Origin: Verrucomicrobiia bacterium
Lineage (GTDB): Bacteria; Zixibacteria; MSB-5A5; DSPP01
NCBI GenBank assembly: GCA_035574275.1
Contig: DATLYY010000007.1
Coordinates: 4,928 to 68,927, forward strand
Length of the DNA: 64,000 nucleotides
Reading direction: 5' to 3'
Shown here in pieces: positions 9,767 through 20,415 of this stretch. Each line of letters begins with the position of its first letter. Within the stretch, counting starts at the first letter, position 1. Below the pieces are notes generated by a model. It had not been told where the DNA came from. It searched no databases and saw nothing but the letters and a program-made list of their open reading frames with translations. The position numbers and the translations under genes are program-made.

Positions 9767-10774
9767 CTATTGTTTTTCTTCCGGTTCCGCGACCGGTTTG
9801 GCCAGCGATTCCGGTTCCGGCTCAATCGTATAGCGGCCCATCGAGCGGTATTTTTCTATGCGGTGCATAATCAACTCATCGGGCGGGAAGACGACCAGCT
9901 CGCCCAGGGCGGCCAGCACCTCTTTTTTCACGGCTTCAAAGGTTGTTTTGGGATCCCGGTGGGCGCCGCCCAACGGTTCCGGCACGATTTTATCGATAAT
10001 TCCCAGCTCGAGCAAATCAAACGAGGCGACTTTCAAGGCCTCGGCGGCCTCCTCTTTTTTTTCGCTGTCCCGCCAGAGAATGGCGGCGCAACCTTCCGGC
10101 GAGATGACCGAATACCAGGCGTTTTCCAGCATCAAAATCCGGTCGCCGATGCCGACCCCCAGGGCGCCGCCGGAGGCCCCCTCGCCGATGATCACCACCA
10201 CGATGGGGACCGGCAGGTTGGTCATTTCCCGCAAATTGCGGGCAATCGCCTCCGCCTGGCCGCGCTCCTCGGCGCCGATTCCGGGATAGGCGCCGGGGGT
10301 GTCTATAAGCACCAGAATCGGCAGCCCAAAACGGGCCGCCAGCTGCATGGCGCGCAGGGCCTTGCGATATCCTTCCGGATTGGCCATTCCGAAATTGTGA
10401 AACAGCTTTTCCTTGGTGTCCTTCCCTTTCTGCTGGGCGACCACCAAAAGCTTTTGATGGTCCAGCTTTCCGAACCCGGTAATTACGGCATGGTCGTCGG
10501 CAAACCCCCGGTCGCCGTGCAACTCGATAAAGTCGGTGATTAAGGCCTTGATGTAGTCGGAAGCGATGGGGCGTTTGGGATGGCGGGCGAGCTGGACGCG
10601 CTGCCAGCGGGTGAGCTTGGAGTAAATCTCCTTCTGCAGCCGCTCCAGCTTTTTTTCCAGCGCCGCGATTTCGCGGGAGAGTTCCACCGACTCGCCGGTG
10701 GCGAAATCCCGGATGTCGGCGATTTTTTTCTCCAGCTCGACGATCGGCTTTTCAAAGTCCAGGTAGCCGTTCAT
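9767..10774 (-). CDS. accA: acetyl-CoA carboxylase carboxyltransferase subunit alpha
   Basis: Strong AccA similarity from MNGYLDFEKPIVELE. Start chosen at the internal ATG (10774), preceded by GGAG. The longer ORF-track start would overlap the upstream gene. Confidence 0.9.
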   Translation of the reverse strand: MNGYLDFEKPIVELEKKIADIRDFATGESVELSREIAALEKKLERLQKEIYSKLTRWQRVQLARHPKRPIASDYIKALITDFIELHGDRGFADDHAVITGFGKLDHQKLLVVAQQKGKDTKEKLFHNFGMANPEGYRKALRAMQLAARFGLPILVLIDTPGAYPGIGAEERGQAEAIARNLREMTNLPVPIVVVIIGEGASGGALGVGIGDRILMLENAWYSVISPEGCAAILWRDSEKKEEAAEALKVASFDLLELGIIDKIVPEPLGGAHRDPKTTFEAVKKEVLAALGELVVFPPDELIMHRIEKYRSMGRYTIEPEPESLAKPVAEPEEKQ

Positions 10775-11799
10775 TTTTTCCTCTCCGCCACGTGCCGTAC
10801 CAAGATAATAAATGCGACCGACAAAAACAGGTACAAAAGCACAAGCCCGGATAAAATAAAACGCCGGTCCAACGTCACCAAGCACAAAACGAGAAAGGAA
10901 AAAGCAACCGACGAGGAGTAAAAGAGCCAGACCGTCACCTTGTGGGAAAGCCCCAGTTCCAACAGCCGGTGAAAGAGATGCTCCCGGTCGGCGGCATGCC
11001 AGGGCCGGCCGCCTTTCAACCGGCGGAAAAGGGTGGTGGCGGCTTCCGCCAGAGGGACTCCGAGGGTCAACAGCGGAATGAAAAGCGCCGTGGCGGCAAA
11101 CCCTTTGATGGGAAACAGGAGCCCGAGCGAAGCGAACAAAAACCCGACGGTAAGCGAGCCGGAATCCCCCATAAAAATTCGGGCGGGAAAATAATTAAAG
11201 GGGAGAAAGCCGGCGAGCGCACCGGCCATACACAAGGCAAAAACGGCCAAGAGCGGGATTTGCAGAAAATGGCCGGACAAAAACAAAGTCACAGCCACAA
11301 TCAACGAGACGCCGGCGGCCAGCCCATCCAGCCCGTCAATCAAGTTGATGCTGTTGGTCAGCACCACAACCCATAAAAAAGTGACGGGGAGGGACCAAAA
11401 ACCAAGATTCCAGGCGCCGAAAAACGGGATGTAAAGCACCCTGATGGCCAGACCTCCCGCCACCAGAATGGCACCGCCCAGTATTTGCACGAGCAGCTTA
11501 AGCCGCCAGTCGGAGGTATGCAGATCGTCGAACAATCCAACGGCAAAAACGACCGATGAACCGAAAAACACGAAATAGAGCTCCGAGGGAATGGGGCCGT
11601 TTAAGAAAAAAACGGCGAAAAGTCCGGCCCAAAAGGCGGCAAAAATGGAAATGCCGCCCAAACGGGGAGTCGGCTCGACGTGAATTTTACGAGGGCCGGG
11701 CTGGTCGAAAAGCCCTTTTTTTCGACAAAGGTACGTAACCAGCGGCGTCAAGGCCAGACCGATTCCAAAAGAGAGCAAAAACGCAATCCAGCGGCTCAT
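10771..11799 (-). CDS. polyprenyl-phosphate N-acetylhexosamine-1-phosphate transferase (WecA/WbpL/MraY family, PNPT)
   Basis: About 342-aa polytopic membrane protein with MraY/WecA family motifs (DDxxD-like 'LFDDLH', 'NSINLIDGLDGLAAG'). ATGA overlap with the upstream GT2. Confidence 0.82.
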   Translation of the reverse strand: MSRWIAFLLSFGIGLALTPLVTYLCRKKGLFDQPGPRKIHVEPTPRLGGISIFAAFWAGLFAVFFLNGPIPSELYFVFFGSSVVFAVGLFDDLHTSDWRLKLLVQILGGAILVAGGLAIRVLYIPFFGAWNLGFWSLPVTFLWVVVLTNSINLIDGLDGLAAGVSLIVAVTLFLSGHFLQIPLLAVFALCMAGALAGFLPFNYFPARIFMGDSGSLTVGFLFASLGLLFPIKGFAATALFIPLLTLGVPLAEAATTLFRRLKGGRPWHAADREHLFHRLLELGLSHKVTVWLFYSSSVAFSFLVLCLVTLDRRFILSGLVLLYLFLSVAFIILVRHVAERKK

Positions 11800-12632
11800 C
11801 GATGCATCCCAAGGAGGCGGAAAAGGGCGCGCTGAATCCAAAAAAGGCAAGCCAGCCACACGCGGAAGAGTCGGTGGGTAGGAAAATGTTTTTTAAAGTA
11901 GTAAAGGAGGGAGGCGTGCTGCTGCCCGAGTTTTTGCAAAGAATTTTGACCGGTGGAGAAACTCCAGTAATGCCGGACCCTTACTTCCGGCGTAAAGAAG
12001 ATTTTGGCGCCGGCTTCGGACAGCCGCCTGCAGAGGTCGGTGTCCTCCACAAAAAGGAAAAAATTGGGGTCAAAGCCGCCGACTTCGAGAAACTTTTTCT
12101 TTCGCACCAAAAAGCAGGCGCCGCCGACAAACCCCGTTACCGGTTCGGTTTTTTCGGGCAACGGGCGCAAATAACCGCCCCTAGGGCCAAGCAGCCATCC
12201 CAACGGAGAGCGGCGGGCAAAAAGGATGGTCGACGGCGTGGGAAAATTGCGCACCGTCGGGATCGGTATTCCTTCGGGCGTTTCCTGCAGGGGGGCCATC
12301 AAATCCGCCTCGTCCGCTTCCGCCAATTCCCGCAATCGGCTAATTTGCGCGGGATTGATTTCCAAATCGCCGTTCATAATCAAAAGCCAGTCGCCTTTGG
12401 CTTGGTTCGCACCGCGGTTGACCGCCGCGCCGTACCCCCGGTTCTTTGGCATCGGCAGATAATTTAACGCAAGAAAATCGGTTTTCAGCTTTTCACCGGT
12501 CTGGTCCGGAGAGGCGCTGTCCACCAGGATGATTTCATCCAACTCCTTGCCTATCCCTGCAATCAGCGGCTCCAGGAGCCGCCGGGTCAAAGGGTAGCTC
12601 GCATAGGTAACCATCACCACCGAGACGCCCAC
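11796..12632 (-). CDS. glycosyltransferase family 2
   Basis: 278 aa. N-terminal GT-A fold (VVMVTY..., 'VDSASPD', DxD 'NGDLE'). Confidence 0.8.
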   Translation of the reverse strand: MGVSVVMVTYASYPLTRRLLEPLIAGIGKELDEIILVDSASPDQTGEKLKTDFLALNYLPMPKNRGYGAAVNRGANQAKGDWLLIMNGDLEINPAQISRLRELAEADEADLMAPLQETPEGIPIPTVRNFPTPSTILFARRSPLGWLLGPRGGYLRPLPEKTEPVTGFVGGACFLVRKKKFLEVGGFDPNFFLFVEDTDLCRRLSEAGAKIFFTPEVRVRHYWSFSTGQNSLQKLGQQHASLLYYFKKHFPTHRLFRVWLACLFWIQRALFRLLGMHR

Positions 12633-12635
12633 TTT

Positions 12636-13349
12636 TCACAGTTTCCCTAAAATGGACATAAGCCGCAGCCGCCAGACCATCCAAACAGCCTCGCGCACGA
12701 TTTTTTTAGACATTTTGCTCGTGCCTTCCCGCCGGTCGATGAAGATGATGGGGATTTCCTTCAACCGGAACCCCTTTTTCCAGGCGCGAAAGCTCATTTC
12801 GATTTGGAAGGAGTAGCCGTTGGAGCGGACCTTGGACAAATCAATCGCTTCCAGCACCTGCCGGCGGTAACACTTGAACCCGCCGGTGGCGTCCCGCAGG
12901 GGCAAACCGGTCACGATTCGGGAATAGGTGTTGGCGTAGTAGGAGAGCAAAAGCCGCCCCATCGGCCAGTTCACCACGTTGACGCCGGAGATGTAGCGGC
13001 TGCCGATGACCAGGTCGGCCTCCTTGACGGCCTGCAAAAAGTCGGGGAGGTATTTGGGGTCGTGGGAAAAATCGGCATCCATTTCAAAAAGGTAATCGAA
13101 ATCTCGTTCCAGCCCCCAGCGGAAACCGGCCAGATAGGCCTGCCCCAGTCCGTTTTTCTTTTCCCGGTGCAAGACAAAAATCCGGTTGTTTTGGGCGGCC
13201 ATCCGGTCGGCGATTTGCCCGGTTCCATCCGGGGAGTTGTCGTCCACTATCAAGACGAAAAGGGAGGGATCGACCGCCAAAACCGCCGGGACGATTTTTT
13301 CGATGTTTTCCTTTTCGTTGTAGGTTGGGATGATGACTAAGGCCTTCAT
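12636..13349 (-). CDS. polyprenol-phosphate mannose/hexose synthase (DPM1/Ppm1-like GT2, soluble catalytic domain)
   Basis: 237 aa. 'IIPTYNEKENI...VDDNSPDGT...FEMDADFSHDP' is typical of the dolichyl-phosphate mannosyltransferase family. Confidence 0.82.
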   Translation of the reverse strand: MKALVIIPTYNEKENIEKIVPAVLAVDPSLFVLIVDDNSPDGTGQIADRMAAQNNRIFVLHREKKNGLGQAYLAGFRWGLERDFDYLFEMDADFSHDPKYLPDFLQAVKEADLVIGSRYISGVNVVNWPMGRLLLSYYANTYSRIVTGLPLRDATGGFKCYRRQVLEAIDLSKVRSNGYSFQIEMSFRAWKKGFRLKEIPIIFIDRREGTSKMSKKIVREAVWMVWRLRLMSILGKL

Positions 13350-15788
13350 TTATGCGGGAGCGGGAGTTTCGGTTTGGGTGAAGCCTTTTTGCCGTGAAAG
13401 AAAAAGGAAAAATCCGACGGCCAGAAGCACGAGGAGCGAAAAAGCCCAAGTGATGGCGCGGGCTTTGCTATAAAGTGTAGGGATGTAGCGCCACTCAACG
13501 GTATGACTGCCCGCCGGGAGATAGACGGCTCGGAAGGTGATGTTGGCCTGGTACACTTTCAACTCTTTTCCATTCTCAAAGGCGCGCCAGTTGGGATAAA
13601 AATTTTCGCTCAAAAACAGAAAGCCGGGGCGGGGGAGATTCACGCTCGTTTTGTACGATTCAATTTGACGGTCGGTAATTTCGGCCACCACCGGAGATGC
13701 CAGCGTATCCGGCTGCCAGCCGGGAGGAGCGGGGTCTTCAGTGAAGAATATTGTTTTTGCTGGGTTGAAAGTTTGCGGGCGGATTCGCTCGACTATCTCG
13801 GCGGTGCTTTTGACGGTCCTGTAATCGAACACGGCAAAGGCACGCGGGAGAGCGGAGAGGTTTCGGTAGAGATAGATGCCGCCATAGCTGCCGGCCATTT
13901 CCAGAACGCCGGGCATTACAAATGAATCACGACTGACAATGTAGCGGGTGTTGAGCAGGTTCAGAAAATTCAAGTTCCCCAGATTGGCGAAGGGTTTGCC
14001 GCCGATGAAGTCCTCGTACCACCGGAGCTGGTTGCCGTGGTAGCCGGTGATGCTTTCAATGTCAAAATAAGGAAGATAGTCCTCCGTGCCGAAGATGGAA
14101 GCGCCGGTCATGCTTTGCGGGGGAACAAAAATGCGGCCCGGTGCGGGGTCGGATTTGACCGCATTCACCAGCGGGTGGGGGCTGAAATGCGCCGCCAAGT
14201 CGGTTGTTTCGATGAAGTTCTTGTCCAGCCGGAACAAATCGAACGCGCCGATCAAGAGCAGGGCGGCCACCAGAACAGAGGCCGTCACGCTTCTTTTAAA
14301 ATAGAGCCAAATCAAACCGAAGGAGAGACCGCCGATGAAGAGGGAAAGCCAGGCCCGGCCCGCGATTTTGGAGTAATTGGCCTGAAAGATCGATTCTTTG
14401 AAGGGGGGCATATCGGAATAGAAAAATCCCTTCCAGAAACCGGCAAAGCCCTTGCCCGTGAAAGTGATTAAAAGCGTTAAAAGCAGAATCAAACCCACGA
14501 TGGAACCGAGGGTTACAAAAAGGCGTTTTTTTAACTTCTGGTTCAATTCGTTCAGGCGCGCCAGCAGTTGTTCGAGGCCGATACCGGCCAGAAGCGCTCC
14601 GGAAAAGGCAAACAGAAACATTATCATACTGGGAGCGCGCATCTTTTTTACTTGGGGAATCAAATAATAAAAAAGCTTAAAGAGAGGGGTGGTCGCACCG
14701 AGAGCGTAAATTAAGGCGAAGAGCGCCAGAGCAACAAAAAACCACTTTTTGCGTTCTTTCCACAAGACCACACCGGTCAAAGCAAGAAGCAGGCAAACCA
14801 GGCCTGTGTATTCGGAATTGTCCTTGAAGGGATTTTTTCCCCAATAGCTTTGTTCGGCCTGCGTCATCATTCCCGAAAAGCCGCCGATGAGCTGTCCCAC
14901 CAACTCCTCCGTGTGCATCGACCAGGAGGCGGCCCATTCGTAGCCCCGCTCTTCGGCGCGAGGGGAGTAGTTGTTCACGTAGTGAATGCCGGGCCACATC
15001 TGGATGGCGGAAACGCCCAGGCCGACAACCACTCCAAGCGCAATGGCGGCCGAGCGAATGACCGCCCAACTCCAGGCCTTTTCTATCCAGATTTTCTCGA
15101 TAATCCGATAACCGGCGTAGAAGGCCAGCGCAAGATGGGTGAAATAGGCCATCTGGGGATGGGGAGTGAGCCAGATTAAACCTAAGACACCGCCCATTAA
15201 AACGGAATTTAGGAACGGTTTTTCCTGCAGGGCGACTTCCATGAAAAGCAGAGCCAGCGGAAAGAGAGCGGTGACGAAAATCTTTCCGTCATGCCCTGGG
15301 CTGACCAGGGAAACGAGATAGGTGGAGAGCATATAGAAAAGGCCAGAGGTGAAGGCGCCGAGATAACTTGCTCCGAAGCGGCGGGCGCAGGCGTACATAA
15401 AACAGCCGGCCAGAAAGATGTGCAAAACTTGAATCCAGCCCAAAGCCCGGTCGAGCGGCATCAAAAATTTAAGAAAGCTTAACGGGTAAAAAATGTCGCC
15501 GTGGAAGGCATCCACAAACGGCATCCCGCCGAAGATGTAAGGGTTCCACTGGGGAATGTGGCCGTAGTTTTTAAAAAACTCCACCAGATAGGAACGGAAA
15601 AAAATGCCGGCTTGCAGCGTGTCGGAACCGGCCAGCATCTGGTTGGAAAAGACAAACTTGGCGAAGAGAATTATCACCAGCACAAGGTAAACGCCCACCG
15701 GCAGATAGGGAAAAAGGCGCTCGTTTTCCCACCAGAGGACGGCTTGCATCGCTTTTTTGGGTGTGGGTTTATTCTTTTTGTCAGTCAT
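13350..15788 (-). CDS. YfhO-family large integral membrane protein (putative GT-C-fold glycosyltransferase)
   Basis: 812 aa. More than 10 predicted TM segments in the N-terminal 500 aa and a C-terminal soluble region. Architecture typical of YfhO. Contiguous with the GT2 and flippase-like genes. Confidence 0.65.
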   Translation of the reverse strand: MTDKKNKPTPKKAMQAVLWWENERLFPYLPVGVYLVLVIILFAKFVFSNQMLAGSDTLQAGIFFRSYLVEFFKNYGHIPQWNPYIFGGMPFVDAFHGDIFYPLSFLKFLMPLDRALGWIQVLHIFLAGCFMYACARRFGASYLGAFTSGLFYMLSTYLVSLVSPGHDGKIFVTALFPLALLFMEVALQEKPFLNSVLMGGVLGLIWLTPHPQMAYFTHLALAFYAGYRIIEKIWIEKAWSWAVIRSAAIALGVVVGLGVSAIQMWPGIHYVNNYSPRAEERGYEWAASWSMHTEELVGQLIGGFSGMMTQAEQSYWGKNPFKDNSEYTGLVCLLLALTGVVLWKERKKWFFVALALFALIYALGATTPLFKLFYYLIPQVKKMRAPSMIMFLFAFSGALLAGIGLEQLLARLNELNQKLKKRLFVTLGSIVGLILLLTLLITFTGKGFAGFWKGFFYSDMPPFKESIFQANYSKIAGRAWLSLFIGGLSFGLIWLYFKRSVTASVLVAALLLIGAFDLFRLDKNFIETTDLAAHFSPHPLVNAVKSDPAPGRIFVPPQSMTGASIFGTEDYLPYFDIESITGYHGNQLRWYEDFIGGKPFANLGNLNFLNLLNTRYIVSRDSFVMPGVLEMAGSYGGIYLYRNLSALPRAFAVFDYRTVKSTAEIVERIRPQTFNPAKTIFFTEDPAPPGWQPDTLASPVVAEITDRQIESYKTSVNLPRPGFLFLSENFYPNWRAFENGKELKVYQANITFRAVYLPAGSHTVEWRYIPTLYSKARAITWAFSLLVLLAVGFFLFLSRQKGFTQTETPAPA

Positions 15789-16691
15789 TTACAATTTCCA
15801 GGCCACCAAAGCCCCTGCGGTTTCCCCCAAGACGACCCAGAGGCGGGAAAGGGTGGAAATCAAAATCGCCACGGGGTCGGGAAAGTAGATGCTCAAAATC
15901 AAGGCCAGAACCGCCTCGCGCACTCCCAGCCCGCCCGGGGTGAAAAAGCTCAAGTAACCAATCAAGTAGGCGGCCACGTAGGCGCCAACGACCGGAAAGA
16001 AGTTGCCGACCTCCCCGGTCACCGCCACCGTAAAGAAAAAAAAGGCCGTACCGTGCAGAAACCATCCGAAAACATAGGAGGCGAATATACCGGCGAGAGA
16101 AGTTTTCTTCAAGGCCAGAGCGGGCTCGGTTTTCTCGAGCCTGCGCAAAAGCCAGCGGAGCGTTTTTTCGGTCAAATTGGGCCGGGTGATAACAACCAGC
16201 GCCCCCAGCGTCACGGCGCCCCCCAAAATCCAGATGGTATCCTTAATCCACCCCTGCCGGGTTACAGCCGGGAGGACTCCGGTGGCTAAAATCAAAAGCA
16301 ATGCGGCGGGGATGTTTATCAACTGGCTCAAAACAAAGGAGGCCGTCGAGGTGCTTTTGGAAATTCCCTCCCGCTCGCACATCGCCACCAAGCTGACGTA
16401 CTGCCAGATGCGGCCGGGTAGGTAGCGGGCCAGGTTGGAAAGATAGGAGATTTTAAAGGCCTTTTTGAGCTTCAAGGATTTGCCGAAAATTTTCAAAATC
16501 TCGCTCCAGACCCAAGAGAGATAGACAAAATTCCCCAGCAGAATGAGCAGAGAAAAGCCGAGCCAGAAGTAATTTATTTTCCACTCATACTGCCGTACCT
16601 GCTGCCAGTCGGCAACGACTTTTTTCCCCAAAAAAATGAAAATCAGAAGGACGGCCGCCCAGCGCAGAAAGATGAACAGCTTTTGTTTCAA
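15789..16691 (-). CDS. flippase-like domain protein (UPF0104 / LPG-synthase TM-domain family)
   Basis: 300-aa polytopic membrane protein. Sequence resembles the MprF-type flippase domain family (conserved Arg/Lys after TM1, 'NLARYLPGRIWQY'). Confidence 0.6.
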   Translation of the reverse strand: MKQKLFIFLRWAAVLLIFIFLGKKVVADWQQVRQYEWKINYFWLGFSLLILLGNFVYLSWVWSEILKIFGKSLKLKKAFKISYLSNLARYLPGRIWQYVSLVAMCEREGISKSTSTASFVLSQLINIPAALLLILATGVLPAVTRQGWIKDTIWILGGAVTLGALVVITRPNLTEKTLRWLLRRLEKTEPALALKKTSLAGIFASYVFGWFLHGTAFFFFTVAVTGEVGNFFPVVGAYVAAYLIGYLSFFTPGGLGVREAVLALILSIYFPDPVAILISTLSRLWVVLGETAGALVAWKL

Positions 16692-17803
16692 CGGTCGAAG
16701 GGGAACTTCGGTTCGGATTCTTCCGGCAGCGGGGTTTCGGGAACCCCGGCGTCCCGCGATTGTCCCGAAACGGGAGCGGGGCGGCCCTGCGGCGGCCGAT
16801 TCTGGTGACGGGGGCGCAGAGGGCCGTGCGCCGGGCGGTTTTTCAGTTCCCCCACCTCGCGCGCCAAATTGTCCATCCGGATCTGCAACTCAACCAATGT
16901 TTCCCCCAAAAATCCCAAGGCGAAAAAGGAGATGCCCAGAAGCTCCAGAAGCATCACCAGGTACAAAATCGGCCGGTATCCCTCGTGGGCGAAGACCCGG
17001 AAACCGATGGCAACCAGTCCGATTATGATTCCGAGGGCGATTAAAACCAAACCCCAAGAGCCGAAGAAAAGAAGCGGTTTTTTGGAAAAGGAAAGCTGGA
17101 ATTTGACCGCCAGCAAATCCAAAAAGCCGATAGGGATGCGCCAGAAGCCAAACTTTGATTTGCCGAACTTGCGGGGATAGAGGCGGACCTTTACCTCGGT
17201 CACCTTGAACCCCTGCTCGTGGGCCATCACCACCAGATAGCGGTGCCAGTCCTTGCGGAAGGAGAGGGCGTTCAGCACCTCCCGCTTGAACCCCTTGATG
17301 GAATTCAAATCGTGCACCGGGACTTTAAACAACACCCGCGAAAGCGAATTGTAGATGAAAGAGACGAAGCGCTTGGGGCCGTAACGCCCCTGTTTCCAAC
17401 CGGTCACCACGTCGAATCCGGAGGTGAGCCGGTCCACCATCTGGGGCAAATCGTTGGGGTGATACTGCAAATCGGCGGGGAAAAAGAAAAGGAAGCGCCC
17501 TCGGGCCAGGCCAAAACCGGTGTTCAGGGCCGCCGTCACCCCCTGGCGTCTTTTGTGGTAATACACCCGCAGAAAACGGTAGCGGTTGGCCAAGTCGCGC
17601 GCTTTGGCATAGGTTTTGTCGGTTGAACCGTCATCAATCAGAATCAATTCGCCAGAAATCCGTTCGCGGCGGAAGACCTCGTCAAACGTCTCCAGAAGCG
17701 CCGGCAGGTTCTCCTCTTCGTTGTGGGCCGGGACGACTACGGAGACCAAAAGCCCGCGGGGACGGTCGGGACGCCGGCGGACGGGAGGACGGGTCTCCGG
17801 CAT
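16688..17803 (-). CDS. GtrB/ArnC-like GT2 polyprenyl-phosphate sugar synthase with C-terminal TM anchor
   Basis: 371 aa. N-terminal GT-A ('VVVPAHNEEENL', 'IDDGSTDKT', 'PADLQYHP'), then two TM helices (LLFFGSWGLVLIALGIIIGL..., ILYLVMLLELLGISFFALGFLG) and a Pro/Arg-rich tail. Confidence 0.8.
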   Translation of the reverse strand: MPETRPPVRRRPDRPRGLLVSVVVPAHNEEENLPALLETFDEVFRRERISGELILIDDGSTDKTYAKARDLANRYRFLRVYYHKRRQGVTAALNTGFGLARGRFLFFFPADLQYHPNDLPQMVDRLTSGFDVVTGWKQGRYGPKRFVSFIYNSLSRVLFKVPVHDLNSIKGFKREVLNALSFRKDWHRYLVVMAHEQGFKVTEVKVRLYPRKFGKSKFGFWRIPIGFLDLLAVKFQLSFSKKPLLFFGSWGLVLIALGIIIGLVAIGFRVFAHEGYRPILYLVMLLELLGISFFALGFLGETLVELQIRMDNLAREVGELKNRPAHGPLRPRHQNRPPQGRPAPVSGQSRDAGVPETPLPEESEPKFPFDR

Positions 17804-17804
17804 T

Positions 17805-19076
17805 TCAACTCACCGTCTCCAACTGCGGGACCTTGCTTTCGTTGATGTGGGAGATGATGCGGTCGGCAAAGCCGGAGGTGGATACCAGCTGTGCACCGGA
17901 CATCTGCCGCTCCAGATCGTAGGTTACGGTTTTATGTTTCAGCGCCCTTTCCAGCCCGGCGTAAATCAGGGCCGCCGCTTCTTTCCAGCCCAGATACTCC
18001 AGCATCATCGCCCCGGAAAGAATCAAGCTGCCCGGGTTGACCTTGTTCTGCCCGGCGTACTTGGGGGCGGTGCCGTGGGTGGCCTCGAACACCGCCGTGC
18101 CTTCCCCCACGTTGCCGCCCGGCGCCATTCCCAATCCCCCCACTTGGGCGGCGGCGGCATCCGAAAGAAAATCCCCTTCAAGATTTGGGCAGGCCAGAAT
18201 ATCGTATTCCTTGGGGCGGGTCAGAATCTGCTGGAAAATGGAGTCGGCAATCCGGTCGTTGACCAGAATCTTTCCCGGCGGCACTTCGGCGCCGCGCAGT
18301 TCCTCTTCCGTAACGGTCACTTTGCCGAATTCCTTTTTGGCCACTTCGTAGCCCCAGTCCCGGAAGGCGCCCTCGGTGAACTTCATAATGTTTCCCTTGT
18401 GAATCAAGGTCACCACCCGGCGGTTGTTGTCGAGTGCATACTGAAGGGCCTTGCGGACGAGCCGCTTGGTGGCGAAGGCGGAGATCGGCTTGATTCCCAC
18501 GCCGGAATCGGGACGGACTTTGGCCTTCAAGGTTTTCCCCAAAAAGGAAATCAGCTTTTTGGCCTCGGGCGTCCCTTTTTTCCATTCCAGCCCGGCGTAG
18601 ACATCCTCCGTGTTTTCCCGGAAAATGATCAGGTTCACATCTTCCGGGGTTTTCACCGGAGCCGGAACCCCCTCGAAGTAGCGCACGGGCCGGATGCAGG
18701 CGTAGAGGTCCAAAACCTGGCGCAGGGTGACGTTCAAACTGCGGTGGCCGCCGCCGATGGGGGTGGTCAAAGGCCCCTTTAAAGCGACGACGAAGAATTT
18801 GATGGCATCGTAGGTTTCCCTCGGAATCCATTCGCTAAAGCGTTTTTGGGCTTTCTCTCCGGCGAAGATTTCCACCCAGACCAGCTTGCGGCCCGGGCCG
18901 TAGGCCCGCTCGACGGCGGCGTTCAACACCTTCTGCGCCGCCGGGGTTATGTCGACGCCGATGCCGTCCCCTTCAATAAAGGGAATCACCGGATAATCCG
19001 GCACGAGCAGCTTCTTGTTTTTGAAACTGATTTTCTCCCCTTCGCGGGGGACGGTGAAGGTTTTGAATTTGCGCAT
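17805..19076 (-). CDS. icd: NADP-dependent isocitrate dehydrogenase
   Basis: 423 aa. High similarity to prokaryotic homodimeric IDH ('[19 protein letters not shown]', '[12 protein letters not shown]'). Confidence 0.92.
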   Translation of the reverse strand: MRKFKTFTVPREGEKISFKNKKLLVPDYPVIPFIEGDGIGVDITPAAQKVLNAAVERAYGPGRKLVWVEIFAGEKAQKRFSEWIPRETYDAIKFFVVALKGPLTTPIGGGHRSLNVTLRQVLDLYACIRPVRYFEGVPAPVKTPEDVNLIIFRENTEDVYAGLEWKKGTPEAKKLISFLGKTLKAKVRPDSGVGIKPISAFATKRLVRKALQYALDNNRRVVTLIHKGNIMKFTEGAFRDWGYEVAKKEFGKVTVTEEELRGAEVPPGKILVNDRIADSIFQQILTRPKEYDILACPNLEGDFLSDAAAAQVGGLGMAPGGNVGEGTAVFEATHGTAPKYAGQNKVNPGSLILSGAMMLEYLGWKEAAALIYAGLERALKHKTVTYDLERQMSGAQLVSTSGFADRIISHINESKVPQLETVS

Positions 19077-20002
19077 CAGTAGCCCAGGAATTTGAGCATG
19101 TCTTTGTAGGTGGCGGCGGAGCGCGCGAGCGCCTCCTTCTCCTCTTTTTCCAGTTTCAACTCGATTACTTTTTCCACGCCGCCGGCACCCAAAATCACCG
19201 GCACCCCAATATACAACCCGGAGAGGCCGTAGGGACCGTCCACATAGGCCGAGGCGGGCAGAAGCTTCTTTTCGTCCAGAAAGACCGCCTTGGCCATTTC
19301 GGCCGAGGCAGCCGCCGGGGCATAGTAGGCCGAACCGGATTTCAAGAGCTTCACAATTTCGGCCCCCCCATCGCGGGTGCGGGCGGAGATGGCGTCAATC
19401 CGCTCCTTGGAAATCAACTCGGTAATCGGCACGCCGGAGACCGTGGAGTAGCGCGGCAGGGGGACCATCGTATCCCCGTGTCCGCCCAAAACCATGGCTT
19501 GCGTATCACTGAAGGCCACGCCCAGCTCCATCGCCACGAAAGTACGGAAGCGGACGGAGTCCAAGACGCCAGCCTGGCCGAAAACCCGGTTGGCTGGAAA
19601 ACCGGTTTTGCGGAACATATGGTAGGTCATTATGTCGAGCGGGTTGGAAACCACCAGCACAAAAGCGTTGGGGGCTTTGGCTTTTATTTCGTCCGCCACT
19701 TTGCCGACGATATCGGCGTTGGCGGAAAGCAAATCCTCCCGACTCATCCCCGGTTTTCTCGCCAATCCAGCCGTTACAATCACCATGTCGCTGCCGGAAA
19801 TTTCCTTGTAGTCGTTCGTTCCGGTTATTTTGGCATTGTAGCCGCGCACCGGCCCGGCCTGGGACAAGTCCAGGGCTTTCCCCTGCGGGATACCCTCCAG
19901 AATATCGACCAGAACGATGTCGGCCAGGTTTTCTTCCGCCAGATAGAGCGCGAGGCTGGCCCCGACGTTGCCGGCCCCGATGACGGATATTTTCCTTTTC
20001 AT
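19076..20002 (-). CDS. mdh: malate dehydrogenase (LDH-like MDH)
   Basis: 308 aa. N-terminal '[15 protein letters not shown]' Rossmann motif and LDH/MDH catalytic region. Confidence 0.9.
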   Translation of the reverse strand: MKRKISVIGAGNVGASLALYLAEENLADIVLVDILEGIPQGKALDLSQAGPVRGYNAKITGTNDYKEISGSDMVIVTAGLARKPGMSREDLLSANADIVGKVADEIKAKAPNAFVLVVSNPLDIMTYHMFRKTGFPANRVFGQAGVLDSVRFRTFVAMELGVAFSDTQAMVLGGHGDTMVPLPRYSTVSGVPITELISKERIDAISARTRDGGAEIVKLLKSGSAYYAPAAASAEMAKAVFLDEKKLLPASAYVDGPYGLSGLYIGVPVILGAGGVEKVIELKLEKEEKEALARSAATYKDMLKFLGY

Positions 20003-20412
20003 TTCCCCTCCGAGTTTGGAAAGAAGAACTCGATTTCAATTTTGGCATTCTCCGGTGAATCGGAGCCATGCACGGAATTTTTTCCCATATCGATCGCCAG
20101 ATCGTGGCGCACGGTGCCGGGATCGGCCTTGGCCGGGTTGGTCGCGCCGATCAGCTTGCGCAGATCGGCCACGGCGTTCTCCTTTTCCAAAACCATCGGC
20201 ACCACCGGGCCGGAGGACATGAAGGCGACCAACTCGTCCAGGAACGGTTTGCCTTCGTGCACCGCGTAAAAGCGGCGGGCCTCGGCCGGTTTCAACTGCA
20301 CCATTTTCATGGCCTTGATTTTAAAACGGGCTTTTTCCACCCGGGAGACGATTTCCCCAATCAGGTTGCGGGAAACGGCATCCGGCTTGATAATCAAAAG
20401 CGTTTTTTCCAT
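19999..20412 (-). CDS. ndk: nucleoside-diphosphate kinase
   Basis: 137 aa with '[12 protein letters not shown]...NxxHGSD' signature (NSVHGSD present). Confidence 0.92.
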   Translation of the reverse strand: MEKTLLIIKPDAVSRNLIGEIVSRVEKARFKIKAMKMVQLKPAEARRFYAVHEGKPFLDELVAFMSSGPVVPMVLEKENAVADLRKLIGATNPAKADPGTVRHDLAIDMGKNSVHGSDSPENAKIEIEFFFPNSEGK

Positions 20413-20415
20413 TCC

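Noticed and set aside
17616-18782. 388-aa plus-strand ORF
   Set aside because: Antisense to icd, which has unmistakable IDH similarity.
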